From NCBI GenBank assembly GCA_004173235.1, contig SEAC01000020.1, positions 84,678 through 148,677 of the forward strand: DNA of 64,000 bases, read 5' to 3'. The DNA is from Chitinophagaceae bacterium. GTDB taxonomy: Bacteria; Bacteroidota; Bacteroidia; Chitinophagales; Chitinophagaceae. Each line of letters begins with the position of its first letter. Positions within the stretch are counted from its first letter, which is position 1. This document shows positions 35,855 to 45,833 of this stretch, in pieces. Both the position numbers and the translations under genes were made by a program. The notes under the pieces were generated by a model. That model was given only the letters and a program-made list of their open reading frames with translations. It was not told the DNA's origin and ran no database searches.

Positions 35855-38350
35855 ATGGATAGCACGCAGTCCGCCACTTACGCCCGGTTTCTCCAGTCCG
35901 GCGGCCAGATGGGCGAGCGCATCCGGAATTTCGATTGGTCGAACCATCCGCTGGGACCGATCGAGGAGTGGCCCGTACTACTACGTACATCGCTCAGCAT
36001 TTGCCTCAACGCGGGCTTTCCCATTGCCATTTACTGGGGCCCGGAGCTTTATCTTTTGTATAACGATGCGTGGAGCGCCATACCTGGCGACAAGCATCCA
36101 TGGGCACTCGGGCAGCGCGCTGCCGATGTGTGGCCGGATATCTGGGACACCGTTGGCCCGCAATTCGAAGAGACGCTCGCGGATGGACGTTCGTTTCGTT
36201 CCACCGACCAGTTTCTTCCGATGCAGCGTTTCGGTTTCATTGAAGAAACCTATTTCGATTATAGCCTGTCGCCGATCTTCGAGTCGGACGGCAGCGTTGC
36301 GGGTGTGTTCAATGCCGGCATCGAAACCACCTACCGCATCATCAACGAACGGCGGAACCGCTTTCTGGGCAAGCTGGTGGAAGACCTCAGCACCGCGCGC
36401 AATGCGCAGGAAGTGTTTGTGAACGCTGGCGCCGCATTTTCGGAGATTCCCATCTCGATCCCGTTCGTGATCTTTTACACCATCGAAGCCGACGGCCGCA
36501 TTGTGCAGGCGAATGCAGCGGGATTGCCCGAAGGCATGGAGATCGAGCCGGAGGCCTGGACTTTTTCGGCTGTAAGAGAAAGTGGTGCGGCCCGCCTGGA
36601 GCCGATCACACACGTGGCGTTGCACGACCTCCCCGGCTATTGGCCGGAGGCAGCGCGCAATGCGATATTGCTTCCCTTGTACACCGATAGCACCCTTACC
36701 GGTTTCCTCGTTTGCGCCGTCAGCCCGCGTCGAATCATGGACGCAGCCTACCAGCAATACCTTGTAACCACTGCGCTGCACATCAGCACGGCGCTCACGC
36801 GCAGCGCTGCAATGGCCAAGGAAGAAGAGGTGCGTGCGCAGCTGGCGGAAAGCGAAGACAACCTGCGCCGGCTTTTCATGCAGGCACCCATGGGCATCTG
36901 CATTTTGAGTACGGAGGATATGATCGTGGAGCTGGTCAACGATGTGTACCTGTCGATCGTGCAACGCGAGCGGGCCAGCTTTGAGCACCGTCCTTTGTGG
37001 GAAGGACTCCCCGAGGTGCGCGACCAGGGCTTCGACGATATTCTCCGCAACGTGCTGCGCACCTGTGAGCGGTTTATCGGGCGCGAGGTGCCCGTGCAGA
37101 TCCTCCGCAACAACGTGGAAGAAACCATCTATGTAGATTTTGTTTACGAGCCGATGCGCGAGAACGATGGTCGCTGCAGCCGCATCATGGCGCTGGTGAT
37201 CGATGTTACCGACAAGGTGCAATCGCGCCGTGCCATCGAGCTTTCGGAAGAACGTGCGCGGATTGCAATCGAGTCGGCAGACCTGGGAACTTTTGATGTG
37301 GATCTTACCACCGATGATTTGAAGGCTTCGCAACGGATGGCCGACATCATGGGCGTGTCGGACCGTAACAACCGGGCATCGTACATCCGCGTGCTTCATC
37401 CCGACGACCTGCACATTCGTGATGCTGCCTATGAGCGCGCTTTCAAGGATGGCTATCTTTTATACGAGTGCCGCATCATCCGCGAAGACGGCAGCCTGCG
37501 CTGGTGCCGCTTCAAAGGCCGCATCTTTTTTGAAGACGGAAAGCCAGTGACCCTGCTCGGCGTGGTGCAGGACATTACCGAGGTAAAGCAGTTTGCCGCC
37601 GAGCTCACGCGCATGGTGGAAGAGCGTACGCAAGCACTTCAAGCTGCTAATGCAGCACTCGAGCGCCAGAACTCCGAGCTGGAGCAGTTTGCTTACGTAT
37701 CCAGCCACGACCTCCAGGAGCCGCTGCGGAAGATCCGGATGTTCGCCGATTTCATCCGCGAGCACGAGTGGGAACGACTGAGTGAGCTGGCCCGCAACCG
37801 TTTTGAAAAGATCAGCGCCTCTGCCGACCGCATGAGCCGCTCGCTGCGCGACCTGCTCGAATTTGCATCGCTCGACCGCGCCGAACATCGCGAGCCCGTT
37901 GACCTCAACGAAGTGCTTCACCAGGTGCGGCAGGACCTGGAACTGGCCATCGCACAGAATGGTGCAGAGATCGTATCCGAATCATTGCCCACGCTGCCTG
38001 CCATCCCGCTGCAGATGCACCAGTTGCTTTACAACCTCGTGAACAACGCGCTGAAGTTTGTGCGCCCCGGCGTGCCGCCTCGCGTGGAAGTGCAATGTCG
38101 CGAGGTGACCGAAGGCGGAAAGGAATACTACGAGATCCGCGTGCACGACAACGGCATCGGTTTTTCGCAGCAGTACGCGCAGCGCATCTTTACCATCTTC
38201 CAACGCCTCCACGATCGCAGCACGTATACGGGCTCCGGCATCGGCCTGGCCATATGCAAGAAAGTGGCGGAGAACCACGGCGGGTCAATCCGTGCGGAGG
38301 GCCGGGTTGGAGCGGGTGCGACGTTTATAGTGGTGCTGGCGGCCCGGTGA
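35855..38350 (+). CDS. Multi-sensor PAS/GAF histidine kinase
   Basis: LGPIEEWP...WGPELYLLYNDA PAS-like N-terminus, further PAS domains, SHDLQEPLRK, DNGIGF, GSGIGLAIC. Confidence 0.92.
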   Translation: MDSTQSATYARFLQSGGQMGERIRNFDWSNHPLGPIEEWPVLLRTSLSICLNAGFPIAIYWGPELYLLYNDAWSAIPGDKHPWALGQRAADVWPDIWDTVGPQFEETLADGRSFRSTDQFLPMQRFGFIEETYFDYSLSPIFESDGSVAGVFNAGIETTYRIINERRNRFLGKLVEDLSTARNAQEVFVNAGAAFSEIPISIPFVIFYTIEADGRIVQANAAGLPEGMEIEPEAWTFSAVRESGAARLEPITHVALHDLPGYWPEAARNAILLPLYTDSTLTGFLVCAVSPRRIMDAAYQQYLVTTALHISTALTRSAAMAKEEEVRAQLAESEDNLRRLFMQAPMGICILSTEDMIVELVNDVYLSIVQRERASFEHRPLWEGLPEVRDQGFDDILRNVLRTCERFIGREVPVQILRNNVEETIYVDFVYEPMRENDGRCSRIMALVIDVTDKVQSRRAIELSEERARIAIESADLGTFDVDLTTDDLKASQRMADIMGVSDRNNRASYIRVLHPDDLHIRDAAYERAFKDGYLLYECRIIREDGSLRWCRFKGRIFFEDGKPVTLLGVVQDITEVKQFAAELTRMVEERTQALQAANAALERQNSELEQFAYVSSHDLQEPLRKIRMFADFIREHEWERLSELARNRFEKISASADRMSRSLRDLLEFASLDRAEHREPVDLNEVLHQVRQDLELAIAQNGAEIVSESLPTLPAIPLQMHQLLYNLVNNALKFVRPGVPPRVEVQCREVTEGGKEYYEIRVHDNGIGFSQQYAQRIFTIFQRLHDRSTYTGSGIGLAICKKVAENHGGSIRAEGRVGAGATFIVVLAAR

Positions 38351-38358
38351 GGTATCCC

Positions 38359-38978
38359 GACCTCGCCCCCGGCCCCTCTCCCAGGAGAGGGGTGCCTCTG
38401 CGGGACATTTTTTTCTGTCTTCTAACTGCCTTTCTTTGAGAAAAACACCGCCTGAATGTGGTGAAAAACACATGGTTCAGTCACTTGAAGTTGGGTTCTT
38501 TAGTGCATGAAAAGGCCGATCAGGAAACACTATGAATTATCCCATCCAGCCATCTACAAGTTTGTTTTCCCTTTCGCAAAAGAAAATCGCAAGTCACCCA
38601 CTGCAGCTGAAGCGAAGCTTTGGAAACACATCAAAAATCGCCAGATAGACGGTTTCAAGTTTCGACGGCAGCATGTTGTTGATCGTTACATACCCGATTT
38701 CATTTGTATCGATGTGCGATTGATTGTGGAGGTTGATGGCAGCATTCATGAAGAAGAGGAACAACGCAAATATGATCTGGAGCGCACGTCCGATCTGGAA
38801 GCACTGGGTTTTAAATTAATCCGATTCACCAACGAACAAGTTCTGGAACATACACGTGTTGTATTGGACGAAATACGAAGGGCGCTTCATGAATGTGCAA
38901 CCAACATGCAGCAACAAACTAATTAGTCTGTACAACTGAGGCACCCCTCTCCTTTGGAGAGGGGCCGGGGGTAAGGTC
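38359..38978. mobile_element. DUF559 gene bracketed by ~40-bp inverted REP-like repeats
   Basis: Left GACCTCGCCCCCGGCCCCTCTCCCAGGAGAGGGGTGCCTC (38359-38398); right arm 38938-38978 has reverse complement GACCTTACCCCCGGCCCCTCTCCAAAGGAGAGGGGTGCCTC. Confidence 0.7.
38507..38926 (+). CDS. DUF559 (Vsr-like) endonuclease domain protein
   Basis: RKSPTAAEAKLW, GFKFRRQH, YIPDFIC, VEVDGSIH, IRFTNEQV; AT-richer than the flanks. Confidence 0.9.
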   Translation: MKRPIRKHYELSHPAIYKFVFPFAKENRKSPTAAEAKLWKHIKNRQIDGFKFRRQHVVDRYIPDFICIDVRLIVEVDGSIHEEEEQRKYDLERTSDLEALGFKLIRFTNEQVLEHTRVVLDEIRRALHECATNMQQQTN

Positions 38979-39396
38979 AGGGGGCCTTCTCAAACCGCTC
39001 CGTCCTCCCCAGCAGCGAAAACCCGATAAAGCCGCGTGCATTCAGCGTTTTACCATTGTTGGTGATCCAGAGCTTGCAACTGTATACTTTGCCGTTTTGC
39101 GGGTCGTACACCTTGCCGTCTACCCACTCCTTATCGTCGCTGTCGTAGCTGAAGTTGGTGAAGAGGTTGCTTCCCATCAGTTCGCGGCCCCGGAGTGATG
39201 CGTCGGGGTTTTTATCATCCTTCTTTCCCGGGTTTTTGGTCCACACGAGGCGGCCGAAATACTTGCCGTTGCTTTTGTAGAATTCGATCTGTCCGTCGCG
39301 CTTCGGGCTCCACCAGCGACCAAGCAGTGCGTCTTGCGCGGAAGCGGCCAGGGTGAGCAGGAGCGTGAAGGCGAGCAGCGAAAGTGCCTTATGCAT
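38977..39396 (-). CDS. DUF2147 domain exported protein
   Basis: Signal peptide, DKNPDASLRGRELMG, GKVYDPQNGKVYSC, GFIGFSLLGRT. Confidence 0.88.
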   Translation of the reverse strand: MHKALSLLAFTLLLTLAASAQDALLGRWWSPKRDGQIEFYKSNGKYFGRLVWTKNPGKKDDKNPDASLRGRELMGSNLFTNFSYDSDDKEWVDGKVYDPQNGKVYSCKLWITNNGKTLNARGFIGFSLLGRTERFEKAP

Positions 39397-39415
39397 AGTA
39401 GGTGTTTTTGTGAAT

Positions 39416-40435
39416 TTACGCGAACTGCGGGATGACCTGCGTGCCGTATAGCTCTATGGATTTCATGAGTGCCTGCTGCGGCACGGCGCCGATGCTCATT
39501 TGCGCGGCGAAGCGCGTGCAGCCGAAGATCTCGCGCTGGTATGCGATCTTATCGGCAACCTCCTGGGGCGAGCCCACGAGCAGGTGCCCACTGGGAGCGC
39601 AACCTGCGTCGAACTGGGCGCGCGTCATTGGCGGCCATCCACGCTCGCGGCCAATACGCGTCATCACGGCGGCATAGGCAGGCCAGAAGGTATCGCGCGC
39701 GGCCTGCGATGTTTCGGCAATGAAGCTGTGTCCGTTGATGGCGAATTCCATCTGCGCGGCATCGTGTCCCGACTTCGTCCAGGTTTCCTTGTAAAGATTT
39801 ACCAGCGGAACGAAATGCGCAGGCTGTCCGCCTATGATAGCGATGGCGAGGGGCAGCCCATTCTGCGCGGCGCGCACCACGCTTGCTGGCGTGCCACCTA
39901 CAGCGATCCACACCGGCAGCGGCTGCTGCACCGGCCGCGGAAAGACGCCCCGCTGGCTGATGCGTTGCGTGTGCTTGCCTTCCCAGTTAACGATAACGCT
40001 GTTGCGCAGGCGGAGCAGCATTTCGAGCTTTTCTTCGAAGAGCACGTCGTAGTCGTCGAGGTCGTAGCCGAAGAGCGGGAAGGATTCGATGAACGACCCG
40101 CGGCCCGCCATGATCTCCGCGCGCCCGTTCGACAGTAGATCTACGGTAGCGAATTGTTGGAACACGCGCACCGGGTCTTCGGACGAAAGCACCGTGACCG
40201 CACTCGTAAGACGGATCGTGGATGTGCGCGCAGCTATGGCGGCAAGCACGGTAGCGGGCGACGACACTGCGTAATCGGGACGGTGGTGCTCGCCGATGCC
40301 GAACACGTCGACACCCACCTGCTCGGCAAGCACCGCCTCTTCGATGAGGTAGTTCATCCGCTGCTGTGCGGTGATGGTTTCGTTGGTAGATGGGTTGGTG
40401 CCGATGTCGCCGAAGGTGAAGAGTCCGAATTGCAT
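39416..40435 (-). CDS. LLM class flavin-dependent oxidoreductase
   Basis: FGIGEHHRPDY, IRLTSAVTVLSSEDPVRV, GRGSFIESF; ATG 40435. Confidence 0.92.
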   Translation of the reverse strand: MQFGLFTFGDIGTNPSTNETITAQQRMNYLIEEAVLAEQVGVDVFGIGEHHRPDYAVSSPATVLAAIAARTSTIRLTSAVTVLSSEDPVRVFQQFATVDLLSNGRAEIMAGRGSFIESFPLFGYDLDDYDVLFEEKLEMLLRLRNSVIVNWEGKHTQRISQRGVFPRPVQQPLPVWIAVGGTPASVVRAAQNGLPLAIAIIGGQPAHFVPLVNLYKETWTKSGHDAAQMEFAINGHSFIAETSQAARDTFWPAYAAVMTRIGRERGWPPMTRAQFDAGCAPSGHLLVGSPQEVADKIAYQREIFGCTRFAAQMSIGAVPQQALMKSIELYGTQVIPQFA

Positions 40436-40439
40436 GGGA

Positions 40440-40447
40440 CAAATGTA
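40440..40447 (-). promoter_or_regulatory. -7 element (TACATTTG) for the LLM gene
   Basis: Exact TAnnTTTG match 4 nt upstream of the ATG. Confidence 0.6.
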
Positions 40448-40462
40448 ACAGCAGGACGGGTG

Positions 40463-40639
40463 GCGCACGGAATACACGGAAACCCGAAGGTGGACGATCA
40501 ATGGGGGGCTGCGTGCCCGGTTACGATCAAGGCATCACTTTACGTGTATCGTACCGCGTTCTCGTTCCGAATAGGCGCGCAGCCTCCGTCAATACAAAGA
40601 GTGTATTTTCTTTCCGTGTATTCCGTGATTTCCGTGCGC
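40463..40639. repeat. Nonamer-periodic inverted repeat
   Basis: CACGGAATACACGGAAA (40466-40482) perfectly complementary to TTTCCGTGTATTCCGTG (40611-40627); extra TTTCCGTGCGC unit on the right. Confidence 0.88.
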
Positions 40640-40640
40640 T

Positions 40641-41630
40641 TTACTTCTCTACGCTGCGCATCATGCTCTCCGGGTACCGCCCTCCGGCAGCCACTCCTTT
40701 CGGTGCGATGGCGTCGAGCAGCTCGAGTTCTTCGGGGCTTAGGGCGACATCCATGGCGCCGATATTTTCGGCGAGGTATTCGAGCTTCTTGGTGCCGGGG
40801 ATGGCGAAGATGTCGTCGCCCTGGGCGAGCACCCAGGCAAGGGCGAGCTGCGCCGTGGTGCAGCCTTTGGTGGTGGCGAGGGTGCCGATGCGTGCTACGA
40901 GGTCGAGGTTCTTCTGGAAGTTTTCGCCCTGGAAGCGCGGTGAGTTGCGGCGGTAGTCGTCGGCTGCGAAGTCGTTGAAGCTTTTGAGTGCGCCGGTGAG
41001 GAAGCCACGGCCCAGCGGGCTGTAGGCCACGAAGGCGATGCCCAGCTCGCGGCAGGCCGGCAGCACTGCGTCTTCGGGGTCGCGGGTCCAGAGGGAGTAC
41101 TCGCTTTGGAGGGCTGCGATGGGATGCACGGCGTGTGCGCGGCGCAGCGTTTCGGCATTCACTTCGCTGAGGCCGATGGCGCGGATCTTTCCTTCTTCTT
41201 TCAGCCTGGCCATTTCACCCACGGTGTCTTCGATGGGCACCTGCGGGTCGAGGCGGTGGAGGTAATAGAGGTCGATGACGGAAGTGCCGAGGCGCGTGAG
41301 CGATCCTTCGATGCTGGCGCGTACGTATTCGGGGCGGCCGTTGAAGCCGCGTTTGGTAGGGTCGGAGGGGTCGCGGACGATGCCGAACTTGCTGGCCAGC
41401 ACGATGTTTTGGCGGAAGGGTTTGATGGCGCGGCCCACGAGCTCTTCGTTCGTATACGGGCCATAGATATCCGCTGTATCGAAAAAGGTGATGCCGCGAT
41501 CGAAGGCCTCCTTAATCACGCTCTCGGAGACTTCATCATTGCGTTCGCCATAAAATTCGCTCATGCCCATGCAGCCCAGGCCCTGGCGGGAGGCGTAGAG
41601 GGTGGAATTGCCTAACTGTCGTGTTCGCAT
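40641..41630 (-). CDS. Aldo/keto reductase
   Basis: [37 protein letters not shown]; ATG 41630. Confidence 0.94.
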   Translation of the reverse strand: MRTRQLGNSTLYASRQGLGCMGMSEFYGERNDEVSESVIKEAFDRGITFFDTADIYGPYTNEELVGRAIKPFRQNIVLASKFGIVRDPSDPTKRGFNGRPEYVRASIEGSLTRLGTSVIDLYYLHRLDPQVPIEDTVGEMARLKEEGKIRAIGLSEVNAETLRRAHAVHPIAALQSEYSLWTRDPEDAVLPACRELGIAFVAYSPLGRGFLTGALKSFNDFAADDYRRNSPRFQGENFQKNLDLVARIGTLATTKGCTTAQLALAWVLAQGDDIFAIPGTKKLEYLAENIGAMDVALSPEELELLDAIAPKGVAAGGRYPESMMRSVEK

Positions 41631-41638
41631 ATGGGGAA

Positions 41639-41735
41639 AGGTTCTGAATAGGTTTTTGAAAGGTTTTGAGATGGTTCTGAAAAGGTTCTGAGAAGGTTCT
41701 GAATAGGTTTTGAAGGGTTTTGGGAGGTTCGTTGA
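41639..41735 (+). repeat. Degenerate 11-bp tandem array (AGGTTYTGARW, about 9 units)
   Basis: AGGTTCTGAAT AGGTTTTTGAA AGGTTTTGAGA TGGTTCTGAAA AGGTTCTGAGA AGGTTCTGAAT ... Confidence 0.85.
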
Positions 41736-41793
41736 TATCCCTTGCAAATGGAGCGCCGAAGACAATCGGGAAGGGCTCAGTTACCTACTCCCT

Positions 41794-41838
41794 GAGATTG
41801 CTTCACCAGCTCCACTTCGTTCGCTGGTTCGCAATGAC
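41794..41838. repeat. CGTC-type REP-like element
   Basis: GAGATTGCTTCACCAGC...GCTGGTTCGCAATGAC: ATTGC/GCAAT and CCAGC/GCTGG stems with a GACGG tag. Confidence 0.7.
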
Positions 41839-41869
41839 GGCAAGGGATGGGGGCCGTCGCTGGTGTCCG

Positions 41870-42030
41870 CAACTGCAAACTGGAAAACGGCAAGCGCAAA
41901 CTGCAAACTGGAAACTGGAAAAACGCAAAACGCAAACTACAAACTGCAAACCAAAAACGCAAACCGCAAACTGGAAAACCGCAAACTGCAAACCGAAAAC
42001 TGCAAACTACAAACCACAAACTTCAAACTC
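41870..42030 (+). repeat. Long degenerate heptamer array (CAAACTG-like, about 23 units)
   Basis: CAAACTG GAAAACG ... CAAACTA CAAACCA CAAACTT CAAACTC, ending next to the helicase stop. Confidence 0.92.
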
Positions 42031-42035
42031 CCCCC

Positions 42036-43397
42036 TTACCTCGCCATATCAATCTTAATCTTCTTCCCCTTCAGCTTTTCGTCTTTGATGTCGGCGAGCA
42101 CGCGGGAGGCCTGGCTGCGGCGCACGGCGGCGAAGGCCATATGGTCTTTCACCTCGATGATGCCGATGTCTTCTTTGTTGAGGCCGCCCACTTTGGAGAG
42201 GAAGCCCACGATGTCGATCTTGTTCACCTTGTCTTTTTTGCCGGCGCTGATGTAGAGCGTTGTCCAGCGCGGCTTTTCGGGCAGCTGCAGGTCTTCGGGC
42301 AGCTCGATGAAATCGACGGGCCCGGTGATGTATTCGGGGATGTCTTCGCCGGGGCTTACGATGAGCACGGCGGTCCCCGAGGCGTCGGCGCGGGCGGTGC
42401 GGCCGTTGCGGTGGGTGAACTCCGACTCGGAGTTGGGAATATGGTAGTGCACCACGGCGCGGATGTGCGGGATGTCGAGGCCGCGCGCGGCGAGGTCGGT
42501 GGTAACGAGGAAGGGGTCGGAGCCGTTGCGGAAGCGGGCGAGGGCCACTTCGCGTTCGCGCTGCTCGAGGGCGCCGTGGTACCAGCCGGCGGCGATGCCG
42601 GCTTCGCGGAGGTAGCTGGCCGTGCGCTCCACGCTTTCGCGGTGGTTGAGGAAGATGATGGCGGGGCCGCGGCCGAGGAGGCAGAGGTAGCGGAAGAGCG
42701 TGTCGAGCTTGTCTTTTTCGGAAGCACGCAGTGCCTGCAGCGTGAGGCGGGCGCCGAAGCTGACGCCGGCTTCCTCGTCGTCGGTTTGTCCGTCGGCGCG
42801 TGTAGACGGGTCGGCTTCGTGGCGCAGCACGTGCGCGTTGGAAGCACCCACGAATGCGGGTATCTCGGCGGAGGTGGCGGAGGTGAGGATGCGTTTTTGG
42901 ATGTTGGGCAGGTGGCTGAGCACTTCTTCGAGTTCGTCCTGGAAGCCCAGCTCTACCGACTTGTCGAATTCGTCGAGCACGAGGAAGGTGACGGTGTCTT
43001 TGTGGATGTTGCCGCGGCGCAGGTGATCGGCGAGGCGGCCGGGGGTGCCCACGATGAGCACGGGTGCTTCGCCGGCGATGGACGTTTCTTCGATCTCGCG
43101 TTTGTGGCCGCCATAGGTGGCCAGCACCTTGCGGCCGGTCTTCAGTTTGCGCCACACTTCTTCGATCTGGAGGGCGAGCTCGCGCGAGGGCGTTACGATG
43201 ACGGCCTGCGTGGAGATGCCTGGCTGCAGGCCGTTGAGGATGGGCAGCAGGAAGGCGAGCGTCTTGCCCGAGCCCGTGGGCGCGAGCAGCACGAGGTTGT
43301 CGTGTTCCTCCGCGGCGGCAAGCGCCGACTCCTGCATCGGGTTAAGGGCGGCGATGTTGAGGTTGGAGAGGAGGGAGGGGAGATTGAGGGGGGGCAT
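42036..43397 (-). CDS. DEAD/DEAH box RNA helicase with DbpA-type C-terminal RNA-binding domain
   Basis: Q-motif LNPMQ, APTGSGKT, PSRELALQ, GTPGR, DEFD, SAT, ARGLD, HRNGRTAR, C-terminal AGKKDKVNKIDIVGFL. Confidence 0.93.
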   Translation of the reverse strand: MPPLNLPSLLSNLNIAALNPMQESALAAAEEHDNLVLLAPTGSGKTLAFLLPILNGLQPGISTQAVIVTPSRELALQIEEVWRKLKTGRKVLATYGGHKREIEETSIAGEAPVLIVGTPGRLADHLRRGNIHKDTVTFLVLDEFDKSVELGFQDELEEVLSHLPNIQKRILTSATSAEIPAFVGASNAHVLRHEADPSTRADGQTDDEEAGVSFGARLTLQALRASEKDKLDTLFRYLCLLGRGPAIIFLNHRESVERTASYLREAGIAAGWYHGALEQREREVALARFRNGSDPFLVTTDLAARGLDIPHIRAVVHYHIPNSESEFTHRNGRTARADASGTAVLIVSPGEDIPEYITGPVDFIELPEDLQLPEKPRWTTLYISAGKKDKVNKIDIVGFLSKVGGLNKEDIGIIEVKDHMAFAAVRRSQASRVLADIKDEKLKGKKIKIDMAR

Positions 43398-43556
43398 GGG
43401 GCGAAGGTACGCGCAAGAAGGCGCTTAGTAGGTTTGACTTACGCAAATGGGAATTATCCGGCACAGATATCGATTTTAGATTTTAACCAGGCACGAAATT
43501 TTTGGGGGAGAACCTTGGACTTCACCTTGATTATTCATCAAGTACGATTTGACAAG

Positions 43557-45833
43557 CTAGTATTGATATTTCTTACCCTGTTCGATCAACAATGACGGCC
43601 AGAAAGAAGGATTGATGATGTACACGATCTCGCGTTTGAACTTGTGTATAAATCCTTTTAAAAGAGGCATGTTGTAGTTGAAATTGTAGATATAGTGAGG
43701 GGTGTCATCAGATATCCTCTTAACGCCAAGGAATCCGTGCCAAAGTAGCAAGTCGACAACTTTGGCTGTTAGTCCCTGTGGCGGAACTACTTCTTCTAAC
43801 AAATTAGTTAGTTTATTTTCAGAAAGTTCCGGCTCAGAAGCGATAAACGTGTAGAGAATGTTTTCCGCCTCAGGCAGCACATCTCGGATTTCGTAGTTGA
43901 TATCCGTCAACAGGTCAGTTGAGTAAGAGCGAAAGCCTTTCTCAATGTCATCCGCTTCAATTTTGATATGATTTAAGTTCACTGCAAAGCCTTTGCATTG
44001 GTTGATGATATTGATCAAAAATCGTGGCCTCATTAAAGATCGCTCGATCAGGTACTGAGAGGTCTCTTCTCCCTTATAATGACTGACACAGATTTTTCTC
44101 CAAATGTTTTCGAAAGTGTCTGTTTCGATTTCCAAACTTGAAACAATTCTCAGTCTTAGTATTTCACGCAATAGATCTGGATCTACCCAGTCAATGAGTT
44201 CTTTAGCTTCTTTTTGTCGATCCGATGTTTTCTCCACCAACAATTCATAAACGTCGTTTCTCAAGAAGAGTATAGGGTACAAATCAATTCTCTCTTTGCT
44301 CAGACTCCTTTGTATGTTCCGCAACGCATCTATTAGCGTTCTCATAATTAAGAAGTCTTCATGTTGTAATCCCGATGAAGGCCAACCCTTATCGATATTG
44401 TCAAGTAGAAGCCAAACTTTATCCTTGTGTTTCAAATAATTAACCAAGTCATTTCTTAATGCAGAGATGTCTGACTTGTGCAGCAGATTCGTTATCTCTG
44501 GGATTGAAAGCCTAATGTTAGTGGACTGTCCAAATTTGATTTTATATGAGCTCGTCAAATTGTCCATGAGCTTTGACATTCTCTCAGAAAAATCACCTTC
44601 AGTTAAATAATGCTCTTTTTTATAGCTTTCTGCTAAAGCTCGATAGGGTTCGAATAAGTTCGTATCAATTTTATGCCTGCTTTTGTCATTTTCGATAACC
44701 CGGTGACAAATTTCTAGTAAAAGGATGTACTCCCAAAATGCTGTTATAGTATGACTCAGTGTGCCTTCCTGCAAATATTGCAGAATCTGTTCTTTGAACT
44801 TGATAAGTTTGTAGCCCTCTGGCTTGAGATCTAAAACGATGTTTTTGCTTTTGCTTCTTTCTTTGTCACGTATTTGAAGAAAGATTGCAGACTTACCGGA
44901 CCCCTTTCGACCAACAACCAATTGAACCTCTCCCCTCAAAGCTCGATTAAAAGCATCGGTCTTAAGATAGTAGCCTTGCAGGGTCTTCATTTCATTCTCG
45001 GCTGAGGAAGAGCCGAAATCAAGCTTTTGTAAAATGGTAGTGTCCCTAGACGTTTCGTAGGAATGTCCGTCTTGGAAGGCTTCAACAACCTTCGCTGCAA
45101 ATTCTGCAACGATTGTGTCGATATCATCAAAGTTGTAATAAACGTTTACAAAATCCCGATAGTCAATTGGCACGGGATCGTCACCATGTTGTAGGACGCA
45201 AACTGCTTTTTCCATTCCGTGGGCGAGCCCAAGAATGAATGCTGCTCGTAGGTTATGAATTTTATGATCAGTTGTTTCTTTCGATAGGAGAGATACTAGC
45301 ACGCCGTACGATTGTGAGACCTGATTGATGGCATCATTAGCTGATAGTCGTGGCGTTTCGTTTGGGTCGAAGCTCCTATATATGTACCGAGCCTTCTTTA
45401 TCCTAGAAGTAATCCTAGTTGCGTAATCTGTCTTGAATTTCTGTTCTAAGATGTACAAGGGTGCTTTGTTGTTTAGTTTTGGGGCATCTCCCCTGAGGGC
45501 ATTAGTTTTTGAATGTAAGAGTACCTTATAGAGTTCATCTGAGTTATTATATTCTAGATACCCGATAGTGTCAAAAATTCCGACCTCCGCGATCTTAGGA
45601 TCCATTTCAATAATCGCCTTGTTCTTTACAAGGAGAACTTTTTTGCCTTTACCAATTGCATATCCGACTTCGTAGGTGACGTTAAAATTCAAAGCCGTTA
45701 TGTCAGCAACAAAGGAATCCTCTTGATTGATCGCATCCTGAATACTGGAGATAATGAAAGCGCCAACTATGTCCAACTCCTTCCAAGACCTGATTTTCTG
45801 GTCCAGTCCATTGTATTTTTGAACAGCACTCAA
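43557..45833 (-). CDS. NDT/TIR-like domain(s) fused to a FunZ/Sll1717-like P-loop ATPase; probably 5'-truncated; candidate defence protein
   Basis: ADITALNFNVTYEVGYAIG, GSSSAENE, VVGRKGSGKS (Walker A), WLLLDNIDK (Walker B), FLRND, RPR; AT-rich codons; only a TTG start, with an in-frame stop at 45840-45842. Confidence 0.8.
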   Translation of the reverse strand: MSAVQKYNGLDQKIRSWKELDIVGAFIISSIQDAINQEDSFVADITALNFNVTYEVGYAIGKGKKVLLVKNKAIIEMDPKIAEVGIFDTIGYLEYNNSDELYKVLLHSKTNALRGDAPKLNNKAPLYILEQKFKTDYATRITSRIKKARYIYRSFDPNETPRLSANDAINQVSQSYGVLVSLLSKETTDHKIHNLRAAFILGLAHGMEKAVCVLQHGDDPVPIDYRDFVNVYYNFDDIDTIVAEFAAKVVEAFQDGHSYETSRDTTILQKLDFGSSSAENEMKTLQGYYLKTDAFNRALRGEVQLVVGRKGSGKSAIFLQIRDKERSKSKNIVLDLKPEGYKLIKFKEQILQYLQEGTLSHTITAFWEYILLLEICHRVIENDKSRHKIDTNLFEPYRALAESYKKEHYLTEGDFSERMSKLMDNLTSSYKIKFGQSTNIRLSIPEITNLLHKSDISALRNDLVNYLKHKDKVWLLLDNIDKGWPSSGLQHEDFLIMRTLIDALRNIQRSLSKERIDLYPILFLRNDVYELLVEKTSDRQKEAKELIDWVDPDLLREILRLRIVSSLEIETDTFENIWRKICVSHYKGEETSQYLIERSLMRPRFLINIINQCKGFAVNLNHIKIEADDIEKGFRSYSTDLLTDINYEIRDVLPEAENILYTFIASEPELSENKLTNLLEEVVPPQGLTAKVVDLLLWHGFLGVKRISDDTPHYIYNFNYNMPLLKGFIHKFKREIVYIINPSFWPSLLIEQGKKYQY

